From Thermoplasmata archaeon (GTDB lineage Archaea > Thermoplasmatota > Thermoplasmata > Lutacidiplasmatales > UBA184): 55,161 nucleotides of DNA. Where the stretch lies: assembly GCA_021791335.1 (NCBI GenBank), contig JAJYWS010000005.1, forward strand, positions 1 through 55,161, given 5' to 3'. Below, in pieces: positions 1-7,906 of this stretch. The position numbers were made by a program, and so were the translations under genes. The notes beneath the pieces are model-generated. The model made no database searches, was not told the origin of the DNA, and saw only the letters and a program-made list of their open reading frames with translations. Positions within the stretch are counted from its first letter, which is position 1; each line of letters begins with the position of its first letter.

Positions 1-23
1 GGCCGGACCCGGGCAGGCAAAGG

Positions 24-30
24 TCTTAAG
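24..30 (+). promoter_or_regulatory. TATA-like box (TCTTAAG) for the OB-fold gene
   Basis: It is an isolated A/T-rich heptamer in GC-rich DNA. Its 3' edge lies 27 nt upstream of ATG 57. Confidence 0.4.
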
Positions 31-56
31 TTGCCGTGCGGCCACCCCCCAACGCT

Positions 57-344
57 ATGGGCGACATCGCGAGCATCCGCGCCAACCAGAACGCCACCTT
101 CACCGCCTCGATCACGGCCATCTCGACGCCCCGGGAGGTCACCACCTCGCGCGGCACCTCGTCGGTGGCGGACGCGACGCTTCAGGATGCGACCGGCACG
201 ACGACCCTCACCCTCTGGGGCGATGACATCGCGAAGTACAAGGTCGGCATGAAGATCCAGATCACCGACGGCTGGGTGAAGGACTTCAAGGGCAAGCTCC
301 AGGTCTCGATGGGCCGGTCCGGCAAGATCACGGTCCTTCCGTAG
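57..344 (+). CDS. Small OB-fold nucleic-acid-binding protein (SSB/RPA-like)
   Basis: It lies in ORF 36..344. The stretch ..TLQDATGTTTLTLWGDDIAKYKVGMKIQITDGWVKDFKGKLQVS.. looks like a single OB fold. I moved the start to ATG 57 because of the TATA spacing; GTG 36 is the alternative. Confidence 0.6.
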   Translation: MGDIASIRANQNATFTASITAISTPREVTTSRGTSSVADATLQDATGTTTLTLWGDDIAKYKVGMKIQITDGWVKDFKGKLQVSMGRSGKITVLP

Positions 345-350
345 GCTGCC

Positions 351-355
351 TTTTT
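351..355 (+). terminator. Oligo-T tract (TTTTT) 7 nt after the OB-fold gene stop
   Basis: Archaeal terminators are oligo-T runs, and T5 runs are rare in this GC-rich window. TAG is at 342-344 and the T5 tract at 351-355. Confidence 0.35.
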
Positions 356-408
356 CCTCGGCCCCTGCGACCGTCGCCTTGCCCGTCGAAGGGACGGAGC
401 CCCTCCCG

Positions 409-1581
409 TCAGCGTGACGGGGTCTCTTCCCCCGTCGCCCCGAACGCCGGGAGCAGATCCTCCCCCAAGGGGAGGTTCGCCGGCGGGACGTACTCCGACA
501 GCGGGCGCCCATTGATGTGGACCACCCGCCGGGCCACTCCAGCGCAGTAGCCGCAGTCCCGGCAGGAGATGGCCCGGCAGTCGGTGGCCGCGATCCGGCG
601 GAGGAACCCCTTCGGGAACGCCCGGTTGTCGATCGTCATCGACTCGAGCGGGTCGAGGGCAGCCCTCAAGGGCCGCACGATCTCCGGACGGACGCCCTCC
701 TGATCCAGGCGCAGCAGCGCCGCCCGGGGGCCCCGGTTCTGGACGTAGCTCAGGATGTCGAGGAGGTTGCCGGGGTACTGCCGGGCGGTGTACGCCTGGA
801 CGACCCGGCGGAGCCACGCGGTCGTCTGGTTGCGGCCCGAGATCTTGAAGCGGTGGACCCCGATCTCCTCGTAGACCTCCAACTCCTCCGGCCGGACGAA
901 GATCCCGGCGATCATCTGCGCCGGGTCCCGGGCAACCTCGAGTCCGCACTGGAGGAGCGGGAATTCGAACCACGGGGGCGCGGCGGTGTCGGTCTGGGAG
1001 GCCAGGGAACTGGTGTTGAGATGGTGGAACCGGAACGGGCAGTCGTGGATGCAGGTCTGGTTGACCAGCACCTCGACCCGGGCGCCGGCTTCGGCGAGGC
1101 CGCGCAGCAGAGGGAAGTCCCGGTTGGCCTCCTCGATGACCAAGGTATCGGCCCCCCGACGGAGGAAGTACTCCCCCTGGGCCACGGTGCGGATCCGGGC
1201 GAACGTCGAGACGCTGATCCGGGTATAGGGGTACTCCCGGTGGATCCACTCGATGAGGGCCGGGATCGCGACCACGAACCCGTCCACGCCGATCTCGACG
1301 AGCCGGGCGACCTCCGCCTTCAGCCGGGCGAGGAATCCGGGGGAGTACTCCCGGAGGCCGAGATCGGAGGTATTGAAGGTCGCATAGAACTCCCGGCCCC
1401 CGGCATGGACCTCCGCCAGATGGGCCCGGAACTGGGCCTCGGTGATCGGGGGCAGGATGTGCGGCGGTCGCCCCCCGCCGACCAGGGTGCGCGGGAAGTT
1501 CCCGAAGAAGGCGGCGATGGGGAACTCCCGGGTCGAGGCGATCAGCTCGGGATCGAAATTGGAGGCGACGACCAGTTCCAT
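409..1581 (-). CDS. Peptidase U32 family protein (RlhA/TrhP/UbiU-like TIM barrel) with a C-terminal Cys cluster
   Basis: This is the C-terminal 390 aa of ORF 409..3294, starting MELVVASNFDPELI. A U32-like core is present (..VDGFVVAIPALIEWIHREYPYTRISVSTFARI.., ..VNQTCIHDCPFRFHH..). The C-terminus carries CRAISCRDCGYC (Cx4Cx2Cx2C). The upstream 570 aa of the ORF is Arg/Pro/Gly junk. Confidence 0.7.
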   Translation of the reverse strand: MELVVASNFDPELIASTREFPIAAFFGNFPRTLVGGGRPPHILPPITEAQFRAHLAEVHAGGREFYATFNTSDLGLREYSPGFLARLKAEVARLVEIGVDGFVVAIPALIEWIHREYPYTRISVSTFARIRTVAQGEYFLRRGADTLVIEEANRDFPLLRGLAEAGARVEVLVNQTCIHDCPFRFHHLNTSSLASQTDTAAPPWFEFPLLQCGLEVARDPAQMIAGIFVRPEELEVYEEIGVHRFKISGRNQTTAWLRRVVQAYTARQYPGNLLDILSYVQNRGPRAALLRLDQEGVRPEIVRPLRAALDPLESMTIDNRAFPKGFLRRIAATDCRAISCRDCGYCAGVARRVVHINGRPLSEYVPPANLPLGEDLLPAFGATGEETPSR

Positions 1582-1667
1582 CGGGTCGGAACCCTGCCGG
1601 CTCGGGTAATGCCGGTCCCTGACCGGTAAGGCTCGCACCCCAAGACGGCGGCGGTCCTGTCGGGACC

Positions 1668-2009
1668 ATGACCGGCGATGCCGCCGCCCGTGAGCCCTCG
1701 GTCGAAAGCTACCGCCGACTGATCGAGCGCTTGGACCGGGCCCTCCTCGAGCTGTACGCGGCCCGGGCCCGGACGGTGACGCGGCTCTGGGAGTACAAGC
1801 GCCGGCACGGGCTTCCCCTGCACGATCCCGGTCAGGAGCGGCGGGTCGTCGCCCGGTCCGCGGAGTGGGCGCGGGAACTCGGCGTGGCGCCGGCGGAGGC
1901 GGAGGCCCTGATCCGTGAGGTGATGGCCCGCTCGGCCCCCCGGCCGGCCACGTCCGCCGAACCGATCGATGAGGCGATCCCGACCGCGCCCCCGCTGGTC
2001 GCCCACTGA
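1668..2009 (+). CDS. Stand-alone AroQ-type chorismate mutase
   Basis: The 113-aa protein has a CM_2-like helix pattern: YRRLIERLDRALLELYAARARTVTRLWEYKRRHGLPLHDPGQERRVV. Confidence 0.75.
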   Translation: MTGDAAAREPSVESYRRLIERLDRALLELYAARARTVTRLWEYKRRHGLPLHDPGQERRVVARSAEWARELGVAPAEAEALIREVMARSAPRPATSAEPIDEAIPTAPPLVAH

Positions 2010-2103
2010 GGGATGGATCCGGCCCGGATGGAAGGCACGACGTGCGGCGCCGGCCCGGCCACGCCCCAAACGGTGATACCCTCAAGCGCTCCTCCCGGAG
2101 CCG

Positions 2104-2853
2104 ATGGCGCGGCGCCGGACCGATCGGGCCCCGGAGCGGCGGCCCCGGTCCCGCTCGGCCCCCGGCGGAGCGAACCCTTCCGGGCTTCTCCAGATGACCG
2201 CCCGGATCGAACCGGACCCCAGTTGGGTGCGGCGGCTCGCCCGCGCCCACGGCCTCACGGTCCGGATGCGGGCCTGCCAGCCGATCCTGCCGGGGGGTCG
2301 CCGGTCGGTCCACCTGCTGGAGCTGAGCGGCGCCCCCGACGAGGTGGACCGGGCCCTGGCCTCGCTGCCCGCCGATCCGGAGGTCCTGCGGGTCACCGAA
2401 GCCCCCCGGGGCCCGTCCGACCCCGCCGTCGTGCGGATCGAAGCGACCACGAACCCACGCTGCCGGATCCTCTTCACGGCCGGGCTCCTGTGCCGGAGCT
2501 GCCGATTCCTGGAGGCCCCCGGCGCCGGGCCCGACTCGTGGGAGGTCATCGGTCCCCGCTCGACCTCGACTCCGGCCGAACGTCAGGCCCGCGAACAGGC
2601 CCTGACGCGCGACGGGGCGGTCCTGCGGAGCCTGCGCTCCTGGACCACCCGTCCCGGGCTCACGCCCCGGCAACGGACGGCCCTGGAGGTCGCCCGCCGG
2701 CTCGGCTACTTCGGGGTGCCGCGCCGTGCCGACCTGGCGGCGGTCGCGAAGGAACTCGGGGTGAGCCGATCCAGCGCGGCCGAGCTCCTCCACCGCGGGG
2801 TCTCCCGGATCCTCGCCGAGGCGTTCGACTCGGCCCCGCCGCTCCACCGCTGA
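2104..2853 (+). CDS. HTH_10 (Bat-type) DNA-binding regulator
   Basis: The C-terminus LTPRQRTALEVARRLGYFGVPRRADLAAVAKELGVSRSSAAELLHRG matches the archaeal HTH_10 pattern. A weak TATA (TGATAC, 2074-2079) lies 25 nt upstream of ATG 2104. ATG 2194 (MTARIEP) is an alternative start. Confidence 0.65.
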   Translation: MARRRTDRAPERRPRSRSAPGGANPSGLLQMTARIEPDPSWVRRLARAHGLTVRMRACQPILPGGRRSVHLLELSGAPDEVDRALASLPADPEVLRVTEAPRGPSDPAVVRIEATTNPRCRILFTAGLLCRSCRFLEAPGAGPDSWEVIGPRSTSTPAERQAREQALTRDGAVLRSLRSWTTRPGLTPRQRTALEVARRLGYFGVPRRADLAAVAKELGVSRSSAAELLHRGVSRILAEAFDSAPPLHR

Positions 2854-2881
2854 GGGTCGCCGGACCCGGGAGCGGTCCCGG

Positions 2882-4021
2882 ATGATCCACGGACGCCAGC
2901 CCCGGCTGGTCTTCTGGGAGACGACCCGAAGCTGTCCGCTCCGCTGCCGCCACTGCCGGGCCGGCGCCCGGGCGGCCCCGGCCCCCGGGGAGCTCTCGAC
3001 CGCCGAGGGGTTCGCGGTACTGGAGTCGATCGCCCGGTGGGAGGTCCCGCGGCCGGTCCTGGTCTTGACCGGTGGGGATCTCCTCGCCCGGCCGGACCAC
3101 CCGGAGCTCGTCGCCCGGGCCCGCTCGCTCGGGCTCAGCGTCGCCGTGGCCCCCGCCGTCTCCGACCGTCTCACCCCGAAGCTGATCGGTCGGTGGGCCG
3201 ACCTCGGGGTCTCGGCGCTCTCCTTCAGCCTCGACGGGGCCACCCCCGGCTCCCACGATGCGCATCGGGGCGTGCCGGGGACCTTCCGGGCCACCTTTCA
3301 GGCGATCGCCGAGGCCCAGGCCGCGGGGCTGCGCGTCCAGGTCAACACGACCGTGCTGCCGGATCGGCGGGAGGAGTTGGGCGCCCTCTGCGCCCTCCTG
3401 AAGCTCCACCGGGTGCCGGTCTGGGAGCTCTTCTTCCTGGTCCGGACGGGCCGGGCCGCGACCCTCCCCGAGATCTCCCCCGCGGAGTACGGCGCGGTCG
3501 CCCACCTGCTCTACGATGCCTCGCGCTACGGCCTCCTCGTCCGCGCGGTCGAGGGTCCGTGGCTCCGGCGGGTCCATCACGAGCGGGAGGCCGGCGCCGC
3601 CCCGCCCCGCGATGGGGGCTACCCGGTGATGGCCGCTCGGCTGCGCCGACGCCTGGGGCCGCCGACCCACCCCTCCTCGATCGCTCCGGTCGGCACCCTC
3701 GATGGCGACGGGATCGTCTTCGTCGGCCATGACGGCACGATCACCCCGGGCGGTCTCCTGGACCTTCCCATCGGCTCCGTACGCACGGACGATCTGCGGG
3801 CCGTCTACCAAGGGCACCCCCTCGTGCAGGCGATCCGGGCGCGCCGGTTCTCGGGAGCGTGCGGCCGGTGCCCGGCCCGTAGCTACTGCGGCGGCAGCCG
3901 GGCCCGGGCCTGGGCGGAGACCGGCGATCCCTTGGGCAGCGATCCGGCCTGCCCCTGGGCCCCTGAGCTCGGGCCGGCTCCGCCCGGGGTCGCTGCGGCC
4001 GGGGAGGTCCCGCCGGGATGA
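2882..4021 (+). CDS. Radical SAM/SPASM protein, AhbD/NirJ-like
   Basis: A CxxxCxxC motif (CPLRCRHC) sits near the N-terminus. A C-terminal Cys-rich SPASM-like region is present (ACGRCPARSYCGG...DPACPW). The protein is 379 aa long. Confidence 0.8.
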   Translation: MIHGRQPRLVFWETTRSCPLRCRHCRAGARAAPAPGELSTAEGFAVLESIARWEVPRPVLVLTGGDLLARPDHPELVARARSLGLSVAVAPAVSDRLTPKLIGRWADLGVSALSFSLDGATPGSHDAHRGVPGTFRATFQAIAEAQAAGLRVQVNTTVLPDRREELGALCALLKLHRVPVWELFFLVRTGRAATLPEISPAEYGAVAHLLYDASRYGLLVRAVEGPWLRRVHHEREAGAAPPRDGGYPVMAARLRRRLGPPTHPSSIAPVGTLDGDGIVFVGHDGTITPGGLLDLPIGSVRTDDLRAVYQGHPLVQAIRARRFSGACGRCPARSYCGGSRARAWAETGDPLGSDPACPWAPELGPAPPGVAAAGEVPPG

Positions 4022-4506
4022 ACGGCCTGGAGATCGCGGTGCTCTACGTGCACCTCTTCGCGGCCGTCCTCTTCGTCGGGGGCTCGTTCTTCTTCTGGCT
4101 GATCCTCGAGCCGGTCACCTACACCCTCACCCGGGACGAATCGGAGCGGACGGCCCTGGTCGCCCGGGTCGCCCGGCGGTTCGGCCAGTTCACGAACCCG
4201 CTCCTGATCCTCCTCGTGGCGACCGGGATCTACAACGCGACGTGGTACCTTCCGTCCCTCTCGGCGCTCACCATGACGCCCGGGGGGGAACTCCTCCTCA
4301 CCAAGGGGCTCGTCGTGGCCGTGCTGATCGCGCTGATCTACCTTCACGGCGCCTACTACGGGCCGAAGATCGTCCGGCTCGCCCGGGAACGCCGCTACGA
4401 CGAGCTCCGGGCGCTGCGGCGGCGGAGCCGAGCGGTATCGATGATCAACCTCGCCCTCATGCTGGCCGTCCTCCTGCTGGCGGTCCTGCTCCAGTCGTAT
4501 CCGTGA
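4018..4506 (+). CDS. CopD/HemJ-like four-TM membrane protein
   Basis: The start overlaps the radical SAM stop (ATGA). There are four predicted TM helices. A conserved-looking His lies in TM1 (YVHLFAAVLFVGG) and another in TM4 (IYLHGAYYG). Confidence 0.6.
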   Translation: MNGLEIAVLYVHLFAAVLFVGGSFFFWLILEPVTYTLTRDESERTALVARVARRFGQFTNPLLILLVATGIYNATWYLPSLSALTMTPGGELLLTKGLVVAVLIALIYLHGAYYGPKIVRLARERRYDELRALRRRSRAVSMINLALMLAVLLLAVLLQSYP

Positions 4507-4520
4507 GGCACCGGGATCGG

Positions 4521-5519
4521 ATGCGGCCGGCCGACGATCGTCCGGGGATCCTCCTCGTGGCGCTGGGCGCGCCCGACACGCTCGACGAGGTTCCGGAGTT
4601 CCTCTCGGCGATCCGGGGGGGCCGGCCGACGCCGCCCGCCCTCGTCGGGGAGTTTGTCGAACGGTACCGGGAGATCGGCGGCGGCTCGCCCCTCAACCGG
4701 ATCGGCCGGACCGTGGCCCGCCGGCTGGAGGCGCGGATGGAGCTCGGGGGGCGGTCGGTCGTCTGCCGGTACGGGACCCTCCACGGCGCCTCGTCCGTGG
4801 AGCAGGGGTATGACGATCTCCTCGGGGCCGGCGCGACCCGCGTCGTCGTCCTCCCCTGGACGCCGTTCTACACCCCCTGGGGCGTCGGCCGGTACCTCGC
4901 GCGGGTCCGGGCGCTCCGACGCCGCCGGTCGGATCTTCGGCCGGTGGGCTACTTCACCGGCTGGCACTCCGCGCCCGGCCTCGCCCGGGCCTGGGCCCGG
5001 CGGATCGCGGCGGCCTCCGACAGCCTGGCCGACCGCTACGGTGAGCCGCCGACCCTGCTCTTCTCGGCCCACAGCCTGCCCGACCGCCCTGACGATCCGC
5101 CCCGGCCGTACACGAACCAGATCGATGCGCTGCGGGCCGGGATCGAGCAGGCGCTAGCCCCGCACCGGGCGATGCTGGCCTACCAGAGCGTCGGTCGGGC
5201 CGAGGGCCCCTGGTTGGGGCCCGCCGTGGAAGCGGAGGCGGATCGGCTGCTTCGATCGACCACCGCGCCGGTGCTGCTCGCCCCGATCGGGTTCCTGGCC
5301 GACAACCTGGAGATCCTCTACGATCTCGACCGGGCCCTCCGGCGCCGCGTCGGCGAGCGGGCCGAACGGCTATACCGGGTGCCGTCCTTCAACGCCGACG
5401 ACGACCTGGTCGCGACCCTGATGGAGGTCCTCGGGCCGGTGATCCCTGCCCTCCGGGGCCCGACGGGGTCCGCCGCCGCGGGCCGGCCGCAACCGGGGGC
5501 CGGCGCCGACCGGTGGTGA
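4521..5519 (+). CDS. hemH: Ferrochelatase (HemH/CpfC family)
   Basis: This is the C-terminal 332 aa of ORF 3702..5519. Motifs are GILLVALGAPDTLDEVPEFL, FSAHSLP and FLADNLEILYDLD. GTG 4503, overlapping the upstream stop, is an alternative start. Confidence 0.8.
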   Translation: MRPADDRPGILLVALGAPDTLDEVPEFLSAIRGGRPTPPALVGEFVERYREIGGGSPLNRIGRTVARRLEARMELGGRSVVCRYGTLHGASSVEQGYDDLLGAGATRVVVLPWTPFYTPWGVGRYLARVRALRRRRSDLRPVGYFTGWHSAPGLARAWARRIAAASDSLADRYGEPPTLLFSAHSLPDRPDDPPRPYTNQIDALRAGIEQALAPHRAMLAYQSVGRAEGPWLGPAVEAEADRLLRSTTAPVLLAPIGFLADNLEILYDLDRALRRRVGERAERLYRVPSFNADDDLVATLMEVLGPVIPALRGPTGSAAAGRPQPGAGADRW

Positions 5520-5571
5520 ACCGTGGGCGCGGGCGGTCGCCCGGTGGTCCGACCCGGGCGTGAGGGCGGCC

Positions 5572-5925
5572 TCACCCCGGGTCCGGTCCGGTTGGGTCGG
5601 GAAGCGGCTCGACGATCAGCCGGAGCTCCCGAACGTCCACCTCGGCCGGTGCCCAGGGCCGTCGGTACCGGAAGCGGATCGTAAAATGCCCGGCCCGGTC
5701 CGCCTCGAACCGGAACCGTTGGGTGCCGCCCCGTCCCGGACGGACCGGGAGCTCGGGATCGTAGCGGTCGGCCCGCAGGTCGATCCCCTCCGGAAGCGGG
5801 TCCAACTCCCAACGGAACCCGGTCGACGGGCGGGCGGGCCAGCCCACGTCGATCGGCTCCCCCACCCGGGCCCTTCGGACGACCGGGAGGCCTTCGGAGC
5901 CGCCCCCCTCCGGGGGATCGTTCAT
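5572..5925 (-). CDS. Chagasin-like cysteine-protease inhibitor (I42 family)
   Basis: The 117-aa protein contains ..ARPSTGFRWELD.. (NPTTGYxW-like) and ..RFRFEADRAGHFTIRFRYRRPWAP... No signal peptide is evident. Its ATG overlaps the purT stop (ATGA). Confidence 0.65.
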   Translation of the reverse strand: MNDPPEGGGSEGLPVVRRARVGEPIDVGWPARPSTGFRWELDPLPEGIDLRADRYDPELPVRPGRGGTQRFRFEADRAGHFTIRFRYRRPWAPAEVDVRELRLIVEPLPDPTGPDPG

Positions 5926-7172
5926 CGGGGGCGGGGCGGCACCGGCGGGTAGGCGATCTTCGCCTCGACGGCGTGGGCGGCCGCGGCGGCCTTCCGACGG
6001 GCCTCCGGCAGGGTGGCTCCCCGGGCGACCGCGACGCCCAGCCGCCGGTCCGGGTACGCCTCGGGCTTTCCGAACAGGTAGAGCCGGACCCCCGGCTCCG
6101 TGAGGGCCTCGGAGAGCCCGCCGAGTTCGGGCGCCGGAGCCGAACGGTCGGCCAGGATGACGTGCGCCGCCGCCGGTGTGGTCGGTTCCGGTCCTCGGTA
6201 GGGGAGCCCGAGGATCGCCCGGGCGTGGAGGGCGAATTCGCTGTTCCACTGGCTGCCGAGCGTGACGAGGCCGGTGTCGTGGGGCCTCGGCGAGACCTCG
6301 CTGAAGTAGACCCGGTCCCCGGCGACGAAGCACTCGACGCCGAAGAGGCCGAACCCGCCCAGGCTGTCGGTGATCCGCCGGGCCACCCGGTCGAGCTCCG
6401 CCTCGACGGGCGCGGGAAACCGTTCGGGCTGCCAGCTCTCGTGGTAGAGGGTCCCCGGCCGGGCGTGGGCGATCGGCGCCAGGACCGTGGTCTCCCGTCG
6501 GCCCCCGGGCGCGTAGTGCCGGAGGGTCAGCATCGTGACTTCCCGGTCGAACCGGAGGAACTCCTCGACCATGACCCGGGGGTCGGGGACCCGGCCGTGC
6601 TCGCTCGCCTCGATGTAGGCGCGGTCGACCTGCTCCGGCCGGTCGACCCGGGTCATGCCGTGACCCGAGCTCGACATCATCGACTTGAAGAGGCAGGGAA
6701 AGCCGATCGCCCGGGCGGCGGCCCGCGCCTCGTCGAGGGAGGCGGCGACCTGGAACCGGCTGGTCGGCACCCGGGCGAGGTCGACGGCCCGGCGGCGGAG
6801 CCGTTCCCGGTCCATCGTGAGCCGGGTCGCCTCGGCGTTCGGGATCACCGTCCAGCCGTCCGATTCGAGCCTCAGCAGCTCCTCGGTGGCCACCTGCTCG
6901 ATCTCGGGCACGATGAGCTCCGGCGCCTCCCGCTCGACGACCGCCCGGAGCTCGGCCGGGTCGGTCATGGGGATCACGTGGTGCCGGTGGGCGACCTGCA
7001 TCGCGGGGGCATTCGGGTAGCGGTCGACCGCGATCACCTCGGCGCCGAGCCGCATCGCCTCCAGCGCGATCTCCCGGCCCAGCTCCCCGCTGCCGAGGAG
7101 CAGGAGCCGGGGGGCGGTCCCGACCACCGGGCTCCCGATCCGGTCCCGGTAGGCCACATTGGGGTCCGGCAT
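5922..7172 (-). CDS. purT: Formate-dependent phosphoribosylglycinamide formyltransferase (GAR transformylase 2)
   Basis: The 416-aa protein has LLLLGSGELGREIALEAMRLG, an ATP-grasp core, and SPRPHDTG. It starts at ATG 7172; the upstream part of ORF 5922..7784 is rejected. Confidence 0.85.
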   Translation of the reverse strand: MPDPNVAYRDRIGSPVVGTAPRLLLLGSGELGREIALEAMRLGAEVIAVDRYPNAPAMQVAHRHHVIPMTDPAELRAVVEREAPELIVPEIEQVATEELLRLESDGWTVIPNAEATRLTMDRERLRRRAVDLARVPTSRFQVAASLDEARAAARAIGFPCLFKSMMSSSGHGMTRVDRPEQVDRAYIEASEHGRVPDPRVMVEEFLRFDREVTMLTLRHYAPGGRRETTVLAPIAHARPGTLYHESWQPERFPAPVEAELDRVARRITDSLGGFGLFGVECFVAGDRVYFSEVSPRPHDTGLVTLGSQWNSEFALHARAILGLPYRGPEPTTPAAAHVILADRSAPAPELGGLSEALTEPGVRLYLFGKPEAYPDRRLGVAVARGATLPEARRKAAAAAHAVEAKIAYPPVPPRPR

Positions 7173-7198
7173 CGGGCCGGGCCCAGGGCCGGGGGGAG

Positions 7199-7204
7199 AA
7201 TAAC
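7199..7204 (-). promoter_or_regulatory. TATA-like box (GTTATT on the minus strand) for purT
   Basis: It lies 27 nt upstream of ATG 7172, between the Tmk-like gene stop and purT. Confidence 0.35.
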
Positions 7205-7219
7205 GGGAGCGCCCGCCGT

Positions 7220-7906
7220 TCACCGCGGGGCGTAGAGCCGGGCGACGGCGGTCCGGACGTCGGCGTCGACCGCGTCGGGGTCCCGGTCGGCGTTGACCCG
7301 GACGAAGCCGTACTCCTTCGCCATCCAGTCGAACTCGGTCTGGAGCAGCCGCTGGAAGGCGAAGAAGCTCTCGAACCGGTCCCGGGAGATCGAAAGATCC
7401 ATCCCGGACTCCCAGTAGTCGAGCGATCCGTACCGGGCGATCGCCCGATGGAGGAGGATCTCGGGCCGGGCGTCGAGGAAGACGGTGAGGTGGGGGACCA
7501 GGGCGAACGAGTAGAGCTTGCGGGCCCACTCCCGGGTCGCGCCCCGGACCACCGCCCGGGCCATCAGGGTGTAGATGTACCGGTCGGCGAGCACGGCGCT
7601 CCCGGCCACCAGCGAGGGGAGGATCTTGTTCTCGAGCTGGTCGGCGAAGTCGGCGGCGTAGAGGATCGACATCGTCGTCGGGCTCAGGGTGTGGCCCTGC
7701 TTCGCCCGGTCGATCTCCGCACCGACCAGGCGGGAGCGCCGCAGGCCGGTGTCGACCACCGGATGCCCCTCGATCTCGAGCCACTCCTTGAGCCGGGCGA
7801 CCTCGGTCGTCCGGCCCGAGCCGTCGGCCCCCTCGATGACGATGAGCCGCCCCTGGATCGGGCCGTCGGTGGCCCGGGGAAGCCGGGTGCCGTAGGTCTC
7901 AGCCAT
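7220..7906 (-). CDS. dTMP-kinase-like P-loop protein with a degenerate Walker A (GADGSGRTT)
   Basis: The 228-aa protein has a Tmk-like layout (..LYAADFADQLE.., ..ADRYIYT..). The invariant P-loop Lys is replaced by Arg. It overlaps the upstream paralogue by 8 nt. Confidence 0.7.
   Translation of the reverse strand: MAETYGTRLPRATDGPIQGRLIVIEGADGSGRTTEVARLKEWLEIEGHPVVDTGLRRSRLVGAEIDRAKQGHTLSPTTMSILYAADFADQLENKILPSLVAGSAVLADRYIYTLMARAVVRGATREWARKLYSFALVPHLTVFLDARPEILLHRAIARYGSLDYWESGMDLSISRDRFESFFAFQRLLQTEFDWMAKEYGFVRVNADRDPDAVDADVRTAVARLYAPR

Noticed and set aside
1582-3294. Long N-terminal extensions offered by the ORF track (409..3294, and likewise 3702..4520, 7173..7784, 29237..29683, 33683..34162, 43356..43628, 47280..47987)
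   Set aside because: In each case the upstream part is Arg/Pro/Gly-rich junk that overlaps other credible genes. A conserved family N-terminus begins at an internal ATG or GTG with an ATGA/GTGA overlap or proper TATA spacing.
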